A stretch of DNA of 64,000 nt from Sphyrna mokarran (GCA_024679065.1 JAGIQG010000001.1:101432001-101496000), one strand, 5' to 3'; positions 50,681 through 63,975 are shown, numbered from the stretch's first letter. Numbers and translations: made by a program. Notes: generated by a model not told the origin, from the letters alone.

Positions 50681-51111
50681 TACAAATCTGTGTACCTATC
50701 ACCATTGGATCTGACTATTCAGCTATCCTTCTAATTATCATTTTGAATATATCTCCTTTCATTATAATGTACTGTTCCTTAGACATTGCATTGAACAGTA
50801 TAGGCCATCCCTCTACCAATCTTCTTATTATCCTCATGCATTCTTTCTAAAAATATACATATTTCCTAATTTAGTACTATTTAATATTATTTTTCCTCAT
50901 ACTGTGTCAAAATAGTTTTTCTAAATCGAATGTCTAAACAGCATAAATCTCTGGGTTAGACTGCTATTCAAGTCTCATCAGTACCCATATTTCTTGGCTT
51001 TCAGTCTCTCAATCATCTCTCAATTTGTACATGTAATTCTCTGATACTTCTTTGTGGACAGGGTGCAACGCTGGAATCCTTCTAATTCACTTGGACACAA
51101 TTCATCATTTC

Positions 51112-52052
51112 ATAGAATACTAGAACATAGAACACTACAGCACAAATAGGCCCTTCGGCCCACAAGTTGTGCCAATCATTTCCATACCTACCAGGCCATA
51201 GAACTATCTGTAACTCTCAATCCCATTAAATCCCATATACTCGTCCAGAAGTCTTTTAAAAGACCCCAGCGAGTTCATCTCCACCACCAACGACGGCAGT
51301 CAATTCCATTCACTCATCACGCTCTGAGTGAAAAACTTATCCCTAACGTCTCCTCTGTAACTACTCCCCAGCACATTGAACCTATGTTCTCTCATAGCGA
51401 CCGTTTCAGCTCTAGGAAATAGCCTCCAAGAATCCATCCTATCTATTCCTCGCAACATTTTATAAATCTCTATCAGGTTGCCTCTCAACCTTCATCTCTC
51501 CATGGAGAAGAAACCTAGCTCCCACAACCAGTCTTCACAGGGCATGCCTCCCAATCCAGGCAACATCCTTATAAATCTCTCCGCACCCTTCAAGAGCTTC
51601 CACATCCTTCCTATAGTGAGGCGACCAGAACTGCACACCGTACTCCAAGTGGGGTCTGACAAGGGTCTTATAAATTTGCAGCATTACTTCCCGACTCCTA
51701 AACTCAATCCCTCGATTAATGAACACCAGTAACCAAATGCCGCCTTGACCACATCCTCCACCTGCGAGACCGATTTAAGATTTCTATGGACTCGGACCCC
51801 AAGATCCTTCTGTTTCTCAACACTGCTAAGACTCCTACCCTTGATATTGTACTCCTTCATCCCATTGTTCCTGCCAAAATGGACCACTACACATTTATCC
51901 ACATTGAAGCCCATCTGCCACTTCTTCACCCATTCTTGCATCCTATCTATGTCTTGCTGCAACTTCTGACATCTTTCCAGACTATCCACATGCCACCAAC
52001 CTTTGTATCGTCGGCAAACTTACTAACCCATCCTTCCACTTCCTCATCCAGG
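51112..52052 (-). mobile_element. Relatively young 5'-truncated CR1 LINE
   Basis: The minus strand encodes the FADD RT motif (gtttgccgacgatac) and LQIYKTLVRPHLEYGVQFWSPHYRKD. It retains many CpGs and has a tagaacatagaac tail. Confidence 0.93.
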
Positions 52053-52322
52053 TCAAAAAATGTTTTTCTGGATATACTCCATGAGAGCCTGGTGATTTTC
52101 CTTCTTTTGGTCCTATTAGCTCTTTTGTATGACTGAAATTCCTGATTTGACTAATGACAAAAAAGAATAATTTCCACAGGGGGTTAGATCCACCTGGTTT
52201 CTGGTCCATTTTTGATATGACCTAACCATTTATACCTCTTCCCCACCCCTTGCATCCACAACCAAACATGGGATGGGAATGGAGAGAAGAATGGGGGGGG
52301 TTAGATCTTGGATTGTTTGCAA

Positions 52323-52354
52323 ATTTTCCAGATCCAGCGCTGGATCTGGAAAAT
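52323..52354. repeat. 32-bp perfect palindrome
   Basis: attttccagatccagc|gctggatctggaaaat, with no spacer and no mismatch. Confidence 0.97.
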
Positions 52355-53877
52355 CCATAGCTGCTCAAAGGATTAAGAAGTGGATTCCATACTAGACCTT
52401 AAAGAGCCCCAATCATCAAAAGGAGTAACGGTATCAATCACACAGTTCTCCACTTAGGTGTGTACAAAAACAAGCCTTTTACCATAATGCTTGTGCTATA
52501 GACATAAAGACAAGATGAATTGAATTAATATTACTGGGTCCCTTCTATGCTCATGACCCTCATAGATTTTAGTTTCTCATTTAATTTGTTTCCCTTAGCA
52601 TCCTTTCCTTTGTTGAAATGAGTCATGTTGTGTTTCCCAAATCCTGATTTATGAGGCCTAATGCTAAAAATAACACCACAGCAAATTCTTTCAGGTGAAA
52701 CAAAACTAGGATTTATTAACACATTCAAACCTGTGGGATGGATCACGGTACACATTCATAAACACAAGCACACAGGGTAGAAAGGCAGAGAAGGGAATGA
52801 AAATAAGTAAATTATTTATGAGTTACTTATATAAAAAAAAATCCAAAAGGTATCAGTAATTCATGCAAGTAAGAGTTCGGTAAGTAATGTCCAGTAAAGG
52901 TTCTTTTAAGTGGCTGTGACTGGCAGAATTCCTGGTCTTGGTTCAGTGAACTCAGCTGCAGGTTGAAACTGCACAAAGTATTCTTGTATTCTGGGAACGA
53001 ATTCACTCTTTGGGTAAAATGTAGGATTCTTTCTAGAGATCTGATTTTGAGAGAAATGGAGGTCTGAGGCAAGCTGCTATCTTTTCTGAGGTTAAATCGC
53101 AAGTGAAAACAGGATTCAAAGGCTGTATAATTAAAGCAGTTCAAACAGTTCATTCTTTATCATGTGACAGGATGGTTTAGGTTGAACCATTCAATTAATG
53201 GTGTACGTTCAGGATCTTTCTTAAAACCCATTGTACTTCGTGCAGGTAACTGAATCATTAGCACGATGTTGGAGGTGAGCCATAAATAGCTCTGCCTTTG
53301 TCCAGAACTGGCTGGTGCAGCCATGTCATCATCTAGTCTTTTTGTCCTGGTTTGGCTAGAATGTTTATACAATGCTAGGGGGTTTGAGTTGGCATTTCTC
53401 CATTTTAAACTGCTCAGAAATTTGAAAACTATCATCATGTGGTCAGCTGTGACCATTTTATCAGTCTAGCCAAATTGTCCATTTAAAAACAAATTTCAAC
53501 AACCGAATATGGAAAGGAAACAAAATTGAAGTTTTTTTTAATGCCTTCTTAGCATGTTAGTAGGTCTTAATAATAGAGAAGGCGAACCACATCAAATGCT
53601 CATTTTGACATTGAAATCACTAAGAATGTTTTTTTGTTTGACAAGAGTAGCAGGAAGTTTAAGTTATGAGGCAGAGATAGCAAACTAATTAGTATAGTGA
53701 GAAAGGGGACTAAATTCAAATCATTCAAGAAGGTATTTTTACATTGCTGGCTTGCCTCTGACAAAAAGTACAGCTTTCCTGCTATCAATCACATTTGGGA
53801 ATATAAATAGGACAGACAACCTGCTTTACTTTGGGAGTAACAGAAAAGTTTTTATCAAAGTCTTTTGAATTACTCCT

Positions 53878-54656
53878 TGTTATGATGCTTGGCTAGACCC
53901 TGGGACATGGGGGAGAACATGTTAGAGACCAATAATGTTCTGTTCGAAGTAGATAAAGGTTGAGATTCATAACACCTGCTTTTGCAATAAAGCCACAGAA
54001 ATATATGGGTTTTGAACAAACAAAAACAAGCTCTACTAAACAAGTTCAGAAAGATTGAACGATTTACTTCTTAACATTCAGGATAAATATGAGGTACATG
54101 TGAATTAATAGATGAATTGTAGTCAGATACACCACACTAAGAGTAAATGACCAAAACAAATTTCATGGATTTCTCAACAAATCAGCTGTTAATCCCACTG
54201 AGTCACTCAATCTCACTGAAACTTCATCTTTTTCACAAAAGCTTTCCAATCTTCAATTTTGAACATCTCCCCTTGGAATTTTCTCCAAATGTTTCTCCCA
54301 GTTGGATAGCTTGAACAGTGGCCCACTCATAGAGTTTCAGTCTTGCCATTCTTCTCCTTCTCCCATGATTCCTGATTACACGCTTCACTACCTTACAAGC
54401 ACGTTCAGATCTATAGCCATGCTTAACAAAACACTACTGCTCAAAGAATACCAACAGTCCTTTTAAAGTCTGCTCCTTGTAACTTTGTCTCCATTTTGCA
54501 GCCTGTTTCTCTGCTCTAAAGACTTAACCTGTTTTTATCCTTTTTGTCTTTTGACAAGTGTTGGCTGACAGCTTGCCTCAAAATTCTGGTCTGGTGACCT
54601 ATCACAACACTGCAAGCGGGTCCCACCTTTGTTACCTGGCAGAAACCAATGTAACA
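53878..54656. mobile_element. Possible solo LTR
   Basis: Starts tgttat and ends gtaaca (TG...CA with a short inverted terminus). No target-site duplication seen. Confidence 0.25.
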
Positions 54657-55024
54657 AATAATGGTACATTTTGTACCTTAAATACTATAATTATCACCAA
54701 CTGTACTTTGGTACACAGGGATCTAAAGACCAATGGATTTCATGATATGCTGGATTCAAAGCTTTTATCTTTTGGACCATCCTGGGTGAAAAGCCAATTT
54801 ATTTTTGCCTGACATCATGATGTCAACAGGAAAACTACCCAATGAAAATGTTAATTTGAAACAAAGATCTGCAATTACATTTTATTTTATATCCATGTAC
54901 AGAAACTGGATCTGTATATTTCCAAAGATAAAAGCAAAGGAGTCAGAGCGAGATGAGCCTTGGGCTTTGGTTAGAAATAAATCAGAAATAAGGAAAGATG
55001 GCTGGAGATGAAAATAAGAATGAA

Positions 55025-55390
55025 AAACAACCTTCATTAATGTAGCAACTTTCACATCTTCTGAAATATTTCACATCTCAATTAATTACTTTAGAATCCT
55101 GGATATGCAAGGCCAATTGGTTCTCAGGAAGATCTTGTAAATTACAAATTAGATATTTAAATAGCCAATTTTTGTGGCGTTGGTTGAAGGATAAATGTCA
55201 GCCAGGACACCAATAGAGCTTCCTATCTTCAAATGGTACTATTGGATCATTTGCTTCCATCTGGGAGAACTGATGTAATATTTCATCTGGAAAAAGACAG
55301 TGCAGCACTCCCTGAGTACATCACTGAAGTATTAGTTTAGGTTTATGTTCGGAATTCTTGAGACCCATAACATGATTTGGGGATGAGTAA
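55025..55390 (-). mobile_element. Decayed Deu-type SINE
   Basis: cagtgcagcactccctgagtacatcactgaagt is the reverse complement of the conserved core seen at about 34900-34930. Confidence 0.6.
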
Positions 55391-55730
55391 ACCAAGGTGG
55401 ACAGAATAGAAGCTTGATCTTTGCAGAAGGCCTGGTTAAAGCAAGAAGAGGAAACATGCAACACAGCAGTTGCATTTCACTTGTGAATCAGAAACCACAG
55501 TGCACTGTGAACCTTTGAGATATATTTGTGCATTGGTTAGATATTGATAGAAGTGAAAGAAACTGCCATTTTCCATTATTACTCCAGGTAATGTCACCAC
55601 CAACCAAGATTTTCTGCTCCCATTAGTGTCAGGCAGGTTTGTCGACAGAAGTGAAAAAATATCGGTAGAAGATGTAAGTCGTGTTTTACGTCAGTGGGAA
55701 GGGTTACTGTAATTATCCCCTCCTGTCAGT

Positions 55731-55754
55731 GGGGGGGGGGGGGGGGGGGGGGGG
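55731..55754 (+). repeat. Poly-G run (24 nt)
   Basis: Read directly from the sequence. Confidence 0.95.
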
Positions 55755-58700
55755 TCAAGTTTCATGCCATTTAGTGTCGGGAACATAATTATAATACATT
55801 TGCATTTAATTATTGGGTTCATAGACCAGAATCATACCTTCCAAAAAAAATCCAGCCTTTGCCAATTTCTGGAAAAACTTTGTCAATCATTTTCGAATAT
55901 ATATTTGATGTGAAATGAAGTTTGGGCAGAAGCTGAATAAATATAAGTACACAAAAATGACAGAAAATGGTTAAAAGTGATTACATTGCATTTCTCTAAC
56001 TCTACATCAACAATAAAATATCAGTCTTTTATTATTGAGAAAACAAAGTGTGAAACCAGCACCCACAGTACAAAAATAATTTAAATAAATCAAGTACTGC
56101 CAGTCAGTGACATCAAGCTTGGGTTTTAATTATCTGTATAGTACATTGTAGATGGGAAATTCCACAGTTTTGATGTCCTGGGACTAATGAGTTGGAGTGG
56201 AAAATGGTACATCATGATCAGTTATTAGTGTCTCCACAAAATAAGCTTTTTAAATTGAATTTGATTGTAAAGCATGTCCATGCTGAACCTCAATTGCAGG
56301 TTGTATTACTGCCCTCTGCAGGAAGTTTCTGAACCAATGAGTTCAGGTGCCAGCAGGTATTATTGAGGGCAACAGACCTTTCAAGTCCTTGTTTATTTTT
56401 ACAGCGTGTATTCTAAAAAAATCTTTTGTTTACATAATTTCTTTTTGTGACTCAGTATCCCTGTATATTTTCCTGATTAGCTGCAATGCTTGCTTCCCCA
56501 CATGTATTAGTTTTTTTCTCTCTGTTAATGAGATGAGTGAGTTTATTCATCAGTGTATTGCTAATTAGTAAGAGGCTGTCTTCCTCCATGCTGACATCCT
56601 GTTTATTGTAACAGCTGGGCAAATTGGAACATTTTCTGCACAGATTGTTGTATAGTTCCAATATGTTTATAGGTGACAGACTCTTTGGTAACAGATGGTA
56701 AATTTAAGGCTTGTTGGCAATCAGCAGGTTTTTGCTAATGACTTAATTACCTATGCAAATTATCTCATCAGTATGCACATTGTTATCTCTCTTTTTTAAA
56801 AAAAACTTACCTAAATTAATTACAGTAATCAAGCGGTGAAACAACCACTAGATTGCTGGTGGCTGGAGGATTGAATGTCTTGCCAATTTTGGGATGAAGC
56901 CGATGGATTGCTCAAATAAACCTATTCGACAGTTAATCTTTCTCAGAGATGCAGAATCTCACTCCTGGACATGTGTAATAGTTCAAAAGGTTAATAACCT
57001 ACCAATCTTACAGCCTCATCTCCATGCCAGTCCTATGAACAGTAACTGTTGTGTTTGATTTGTTTATTCATTTATTTTACTTTTCAAAATACTAACGAAC
57101 ACAGAAATGAGTTTCCACACATTGTTAATACATTTTTACTGAAAGACAAAAACTATTTGAAATAAAGAGTAAGTTTGTGTTTCATTTTTTTTGCCTGCTG
57201 AGCACCATGTTTGTGAATGGATTGTTTTATCTCTTTGATTCCTTGATTGTTTCTTGATTGGTTTTGCAATAGTTAATTCCATCAATTGCTCCACATTGTA
57301 TCTGTGTAATGTGCTATGCATGGCATGATTCCACATCAGTGAGTAACCAATTTCAATTGTGGGATCAAGGAGTTGCATTAAAAGGGCAAGACTAGACACT
57401 TCCTCACAAAGAAGTATAGTAAACTGAAGAATGGGTCACATTGTGCAATCCTATAAAAATTCTAGCATTCATGTTGACTGACACAAGTAAGGCTGAAATG
57501 CGTTCTAGATTAGAAGCTTTTCTGGAGAGCACCTTATGATAGGAGATTAAAAAAAAATTTCTTTAAAAATGCATGGGAATTATATGAACATTAGTCTTAC
57601 TACACTCATACTGTAGATCAAGTTTTTTGTGCTATTTAAAAACTAAAATATAGATTCATACAAATTTACAACTGAAAAATCGTTCAGTCCAACTTATCTT
57701 AGACAAAACTATCTACTCAATATCTTTTTATTGGCTTGTTCTAATATTGATGCACTTTGTTTCTCAAAACGTAAATGTTCCTAACCCCTCTTTTGTTCTG
57801 TGATAAGTTTATGCCCTCTAGTTACTGACCCATTTTCTCCTTACTTTTTAACTAAATTTTTAACATTTTTTGTTTTCCTTCTATCCGTACTTGGATATGC
57901 TGACATGATTTTTTTAGCATAGAAGAAATGACCATATTATTTACTGGAGGCAAAAAAGATAACGTTTTGTCAAAAATATAGAAGAAGCCAATAAGGCTGA
58001 GGAGGTTCGGTTCTTGCTAAAACTTAATGGCAGCACCTCATTATAATTTCTTGAATTTATTTCCCAGTCAGCAGCTGGCCATATTGAGAGCCTTGCAGAT
58101 GGCTGGGAGGGGACATCAGTGGTGATGGATTGTGGGGGGAAAGTGGGGAGGCTGGGGGGGGAACGGTTGGAGGTATAGGTACACATCACTGCCAAGGGAA
58201 GAAGGACAGAATTAGACATTAGACACATGGTGGGCAGGTTGGCAATCAGGGGCAAGGAGGCTGATGGCTTTCTTGAGGAATCATGGAAAGCACCCCTGCT
58301 GCTGCTTGTCCAAAAGTAATGCTGGAAGAAGCACTTACTTTGCCAAGCTGGCAATTTCTATCTCCCCTTCCTCCTAGGGAGCATGTTTGGCAGTATCAAA
58401 CTTTCAGTTGGGTTCTGAATTGCATTGTGCATGCCCAATTTAGATACATTAATGAAGTGGCCCCCTTTGCCATTGTTAGTTACTCACATGCTGTAAAGCA
58501 TGATAATGTAAAAACAGCATTGAAGGGTCAGGTTACATTTCACACCTTTGATGTTTTTAACCTCTAAATTCATCCCACTTGTCTTGAGGAGTTAGTATCA
58601 AAGCCAATTGGCAGGATGTAACAGCTATTGATGCTGGTGTGATCTACTGGTTCCATCAGTGATGCACCCCTGCTGTGGGTTTTCCTATGGTGTGGGGTGG

Positions 58701-59904
58701 TTTCAATGGGAAATCCTAGTGACGGGACCAGAAGACCTTGCCACCTGTCAGAATGTGCCTCTTCCTGTTGCCAAGAAACACACCATGAGGCTGGGGAGCA
58801 GAAAATCTCACCCATTGTGTCTGTTTAAAAGTCCTTTAAAAAGGCAGAAAACAATACAGCTTAATTGCATCTGCAGTTTAACTTGACATTTGAAACAACT
58901 GATTTCTTGGTGTGTCATGAATGAATAATTTGTCTAAATAGTTTTGTCTAAACTATTGTGAATGAGCTTTATGAAAAGAAGTCAATTATTATATTTGTTT
59001 TAGTGTTTGAAGGTGCTTTGAGAATATAAAAAGAAATCCAAGTAAGTAAAGTAAATAATACACAACTTTGATAATGATGGCAACTGCATAACCAGCACCA
59101 TTTTCTCAGTCTTTCTTAAAATAATCTTCAATCACAGGAGCCATACAGGCTCTGCCCCTGGCATTTCAGGGTGTACACCACAACCATTGGCTGTAACCAT
59201 TTTGTGCTTGGCATGTTCAGTATGGGTCACTGATTCCTGATGATATGTTCTAGGAACACTTTCAGGCCCCATGGACCTCCTCGTTGATTAGGCCTGAGAT
59301 GTGTTTGATGCTGCTGCAGCGAGCCAGGTACCAAATAACTTGCTTGGTGATGGCCTGGATCATTTTGTGGTGCTGCTTGGACTCTGCCTTTGCCCAGCCC
59401 GTTACCACCTTTCCAGCTCCTCAACATGATCTGCAACATGAGTGATCAACACCATCTTCTCGAGGCCAAATATAGATGGGGAACGAATGCTAGCCTTGCC
59501 TGACATGCTCATGTCTCCTGAAAAAAAAACAACATAATTGGCAAGACAAGCCATAAAATAAAATAGAACAAAAAAAATTAAAGATTATGATGGATTTTTG
59601 TTATTTGCAACCCTATTAGTTGCTTTGTTTACTATTTTGCCAAAATAATTCTTCTATGAACATTGAATATGTAAGGTATGGTTTAATACAAGCCAAAAAT
59701 GTTTTCTGTTTTGAAGAGAGTTGAATTTTTTTTCAAAATTAATTTTTTTCATAGACAAGAATATTACTGTTATTTTTTCCCCTGAGACTGATCTTTCTCT
59801 GGGATTTATTTTTGATTTTTTTTTAAGTAAATATAGTGCATTTAAGTGAACAAGACCAATATTCAGAGTGCTATCAATGGCAAATTTCAAAAATTCAGCC
59901 AAAT

Positions 59905-60560
59905 ACCGGGGGCAGTTCTCCAGCCCCGCTGCGCTCACACACAAACCATACTGGGGTTGCACAGGGCTGGTGAATTTTGGGGGAAGGAGGGGTGGTAGTG
60001 ATAGCACCAGAGAGAAACCCCCTTTGGGACTCTTCCTGCCCCTGTCACAATGTAATAATCTGGTTCTTGCCAACTGAGGGTGTGAACTAAATAAGTATAT
60101 TTAAATCGCATTCAAAATGCTGCATTCTCTTTGCTCCTGGGATTTTCTGATCCACAAGAGCGGTGTCAATATGCAAAAATGGAAACTAGTTATGACAGCC
60201 ATGCTGGGGGAGAGAGTTCTTGGAGTGCCATTGAAGCCCCCCGGACATAGTGCCAACCCTTCCAGGGTCCCAATTGGCAGTATTGAGGGAGGGGGATCTG
60301 AAAAGTTGAGGTTAGGGGGTTTGGATGGGAGACTGCCTGAAGTTCAGAGAGTCGGGGGGAGGGCATGTCTGGAGAAAAGATGCCCCAATATTTGAGGAGC
60401 TGGCTTTGCCAGCATGTTTAGGTTCCCCACTTCAAAAAAATTCTAAATGTGGCAAAAATCAATGAAAGAAGCTTCCCAGCCATCAAAATAATTTTGAAGT
60501 GTAGTTAACTTGCAAACTGAAGCGCACCAACCCTTCCGATGAGAATCTCAGTTTTCCCCC
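59905..60560. mobile_element. Probable non-autonomous DNA transposon (MITE) remnant
   Basis: Starts gggcagttctcc, GC-richer than the flanks, similar in style to 49470-50680 and 58610-58813. Confidence 0.35.
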
Positions 60561-61604
60561 TAGGGACAGCAAGTCGAAATTTTTTGGGAGAAGCGCACAG
60601 TATTTCTTGTGGAAGTCTATTATATAAGGTTAGTAAACCCACAAAGAGTCTATGATGATGACTCTAAAGTTGAAAATATCGTAACTGGCTACAAAATTGC
60701 ATGCAAATTATTTGAATATGTCTACTCAGTTCCAATACAAATACATATATGTGCCAGAGAAGTGAGTAACAAACCAAAACCCGATTACTTTTAAGGGAAT
60801 GTTACGCTGATAACGTTATAAAGTAGGGCATTATGATACTGAGAACTGACACAGTAAAAAGTCGCATTTCTACATGCAATCAAATTTTAAGTTTATTCAA
60901 ACAGTTTTGAACTAATTCTATGTGGAAATGTAATTGGAATCTTCCCTCCGTTTGTACTGTCACCTAAATATTAACTGAAAAATCATTTTTAGCTAAAAGG
61001 TTTCATGTTTCAAACATTTCCACCTAATTGTTCTTCATTTAATATTATGGCTTTACAAATTTTATGCATCCACATTTCTGAAAATGTACAAGTGCATTAA
61101 ATTGTGTGCTATCTTTCACAGCCTTTGTTAAAATAGTAACCAAATAGCAGTGATCAGCAGATTTTGTATTTGTATTTTCACATGTATGAGAAGTATGCAA
61201 GGTCATTGAGGTCCAAGGCCCTGCTGAGAATTGCTCTGATGTTATCTAGTGCTAATCTGTTGAAAGGTTGAGATTAACACGTGGAGAAAGAGGATTCAAT
61301 GGTGGGCATTGATGATATATGGAAGATATGTCATTAAGTGAAAGCAGACCTAGTACACTACAAATGGCGCAAGGTGTATGTTTGTACAGTGTTTAATCTT
61401 TTCATCTTAATGATATTTTTCTTGCATTATAATGTTACAGTATACTATAAACAGCACAAATGCACCATCTAGTGGTCATTGACTAAACAGTGTTGCATAA
61501 AAATTTTGTTTCAACCTCTGAGCAATAGGTTAAGTGAGTTTAAAAACCAGATTTTAAAAAGTTTAAAAATAGAAACTGCCCTGTTTGAACATTTAACAGT
61601 ATTC

Positions 61605-61798
61605 ATGATGTGGAGATGTTGGCGTTGGACTGAGGTAGGCACAATAAGAAGTCTCTCAACACCAAGTTAAAGTCCAACAGTTTATTTGGAATCATGAGCT
61701 TTTGGATTAGACTCACCTGATGAAAAAGCAGCACTCCGAAAGCTTGTGATTCCAAATAAACCTATTGAACTTTAACCTGGTGTTGTGAGACTTGTTAA
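61605..61798. mobile_element. Penelope pLTR pair in inverted orientation, with a hammerhead motif in the loop
   Basis: The left arm 61644-61706 is the reverse complement of the right arm 61735-61798. CTGATGA at 61717-61723, GAAA at 61738-61741. Confidence 0.85.
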
Positions 61799-62037
61799 TT
61801 TGATAGTATAACATTAATTAACTTCACACATACGATATACTCTTGTTGAATTGCAAGCAGAACAATTGATTGACAGATTTGTTAGTTAAATAAAAAGTAA
61901 AGTTTGTCTTGACTAATAAATCCAAAATTATGATGCATGTTTACTAGATGCACCCACATTTCAGTCTGCATCAAGTCTTAGGTATTCAAGCAAAATCTCT
62001 GCAGTATTTTACCACATGGTTATTTGTTCTGTTATAG

Positions 62038-62268
62038 GATGTTATGGTGGTGGGTGAACCTACACTGATGGGCGGAGAGTTCGGGGATGAGGATGAGCGA
62101 CTGATCACTCGATTAGAGAATACGCAGTATGATGCAGCAAATGGTATTGATGATGAGGAAGATTTCAATAACTCTCCAGCACTGGGAAGTAACAGCCCCT
62201 GGAACAGCAAAGCCCAGTCTAATCAGGAGAGTAAATCAGAAAATCCCACACCACAAGCCTCTCAATAA
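62038..62268 (+). CDS. LDB2: LDB2 terminal coding exon (LIM-interaction domain): DVMVVGEPTLMGGEFGDEDERLITRLENTQYDAANG...PQASQ*
   Basis: ttctgttatag acceptor ending at 62037, ORF-track peptide 62044..62268, canonical LID motif GGEFGDEDERLITRLEN, TAA stop at 62266-62268. Confidence 0.98.
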   Translation, partial: DVMVVGEPTLMGGEFGDEDERLITRLENTQYDAANGIDDEEDFNNSPALGSNSPWNSKAQSNQESKSENPTPQASQ

Positions 62269-62810
62269 ACAGGAATATATTACTTTTATTATAAAATTTT
62301 GTGCCCTCACACCCCCACCCTTCTTCTTTCTCCAAGCTGCACCTGAAAGTTTCTTGTTTGAAAATTTCTGCATTCAGCAGTATTAAAATATTAAGACCTC
62401 TACTTTGATTTAGTGAATTCATATTTAAAGCTTTAAAAACCCAGCTGGTATTATAAGCCATGCAACCCATTATATTTTGTGGGCATCTTAATGTGACATG
62501 TTTGTGGTTTCTTTGAATTGTTCTTAAGTTTGAACAGTTGCTATCAAGGAAATCTGGTAGTGATTATCATTTATATACAGGTTTTGCAAAAACCTTTGCT
62601 GGTCCAATTTTTGCTTGTGTATTTATGTAAGCTTTTTGTATGGGGACTAACAGACAACTTAGAGCAGAAAATATTTCATTCACATAAATGTTCAGCACAA
62701 TATGTGAAAGTTAGAAATGAGTCCTTGTGTCATTATACAGATGTATTTTATGTATGCTTTGCCATTAATTAAGTGTGCCAATAAACAGTGGTAACATGGA
62801 TGCACGTGTC
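62269..62810 (+). other. LDB2: LDB2 3' UTR (approximate end)
   Basis: AU-rich sequence without recognisable repeats after the stop codon. AATAAA at 62780-62785 is followed by GU/U-rich sequence at about 62820-62840. Confidence 0.6.
62780..62785 (+). terminator. Candidate polyadenylation signal
   Basis: AATAAA with downstream ggttgttatttttttc. UGUA elements lie upstream at about 62742 and 62751. Confidence 0.55.
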
Positions 62811-63589
62811 TAACAGTTACGGTTGTTATTTTTTTCACTTGAGGTTTATGCAGAAACAAATTGTAATATGTCGGCAAATTGATAGATGTTGCAGCAATGC
62901 AAGAACTATACAATATAGTGATGACCTGAATATCCTGTTCTGAACTCAAAATATAATTCTTAATACTGAAGCTAACAATAAGCAACAAACACAAAGAATT
63001 AGGTATTATTATAATGGAATGTAAAGGGTTCACATTTTGTATGTAACATTCACAAGCTTGGTAGTTCTATGGAAAATGCTACTCACATAACTACAGTGAA
63101 ATTCCAACTGTGATATTTTAAAAACTGGAACCAGTTGTAATTAAATGTTTTGGATGTTGCACAGTGCAGATCCATGTTCAATTTTCTCATATTGATGGCA
63201 AAATCAAATACCCAAACAGCTAATTGCAAAAAAAAAACATTTTGCAGAAAATAATCTTTCCAAGCTGTTGAAGGAAACAGAACCAAAGTGGTAATATAGT
63301 TCCATTTTATTTGGCCTTAAATTGAAAAACTTAATTGAAGTTCTAGGGCTCAGAATACAAAAGATGATGAGAACCAAGGCAAATCAACAAGTGGGTGAGA
63401 CCAACCTCAGGTTTAAAAACCTGTGGGATGTATCAGTTGGATAGTGAAAATAAATGAGGACCTTAACAGCTTTAAGATATGGGGTGGGGAGGGACAGGGT
63501 AGGGATAATGATAGAATGCAATGCATCTTGATTTTAACATAGTGAAGGAAGATGCATGAAGGAAAAAAAGGCATCTCAGGTGACATACC

Positions 63590-63975
63590 ACCAGGTAATC
63601 ATGGTCCAATGTATTTGCTGATCCTGTCAGTGATGGCAGTGATCATGAATTTGGAAGATGCTGCCTAAGGAACCTTGATGAGTTCCTACAGTGCACGCAG
63701 CTGCCACTGTTCAGCAGTGATGGACCGGATTGAATGTTTGGAAGTGGTAGCAATCAAACGGGTTGCTTTGTCCTGGATGGTGTCAAGTTTCTTGAGTGTT
63801 TTTGGAGTTGCATTCCAAGTGGAGAGTGTTCCATCATAGTTCTGACTTGTGCCTTGTCAATAATGGACAGCCTTTGACCTCCTCTGGTCACCACAGTATT
63901 TATGACTAGTCCAGTTCAGTCTCTGGTCAACGTTAACCCCCAGGATGTTGACCGTGGGAGATTCAGCAATGTTAA
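63590..63975 (-). mobile_element. L2/CR1-clade LINE fragment downstream of the gene
   Basis: ggttgctttgtcctggatggtgtcaagtttcttgagtgtt is the same family as 22145-22880. Confidence 0.8.

Noticed and set aside
62038-62268. Assignment to LDB1 rather than LDB2
   Set aside because: Diagnostic residues (VCTEGRLILEFTFDDL, RMGLTNFTLNYLR, KRRKRKNS, ENTQYDAANG) fit LDB2, although NGIDDE and SQESKSENPT look LDB1-like and are probably ancestral.
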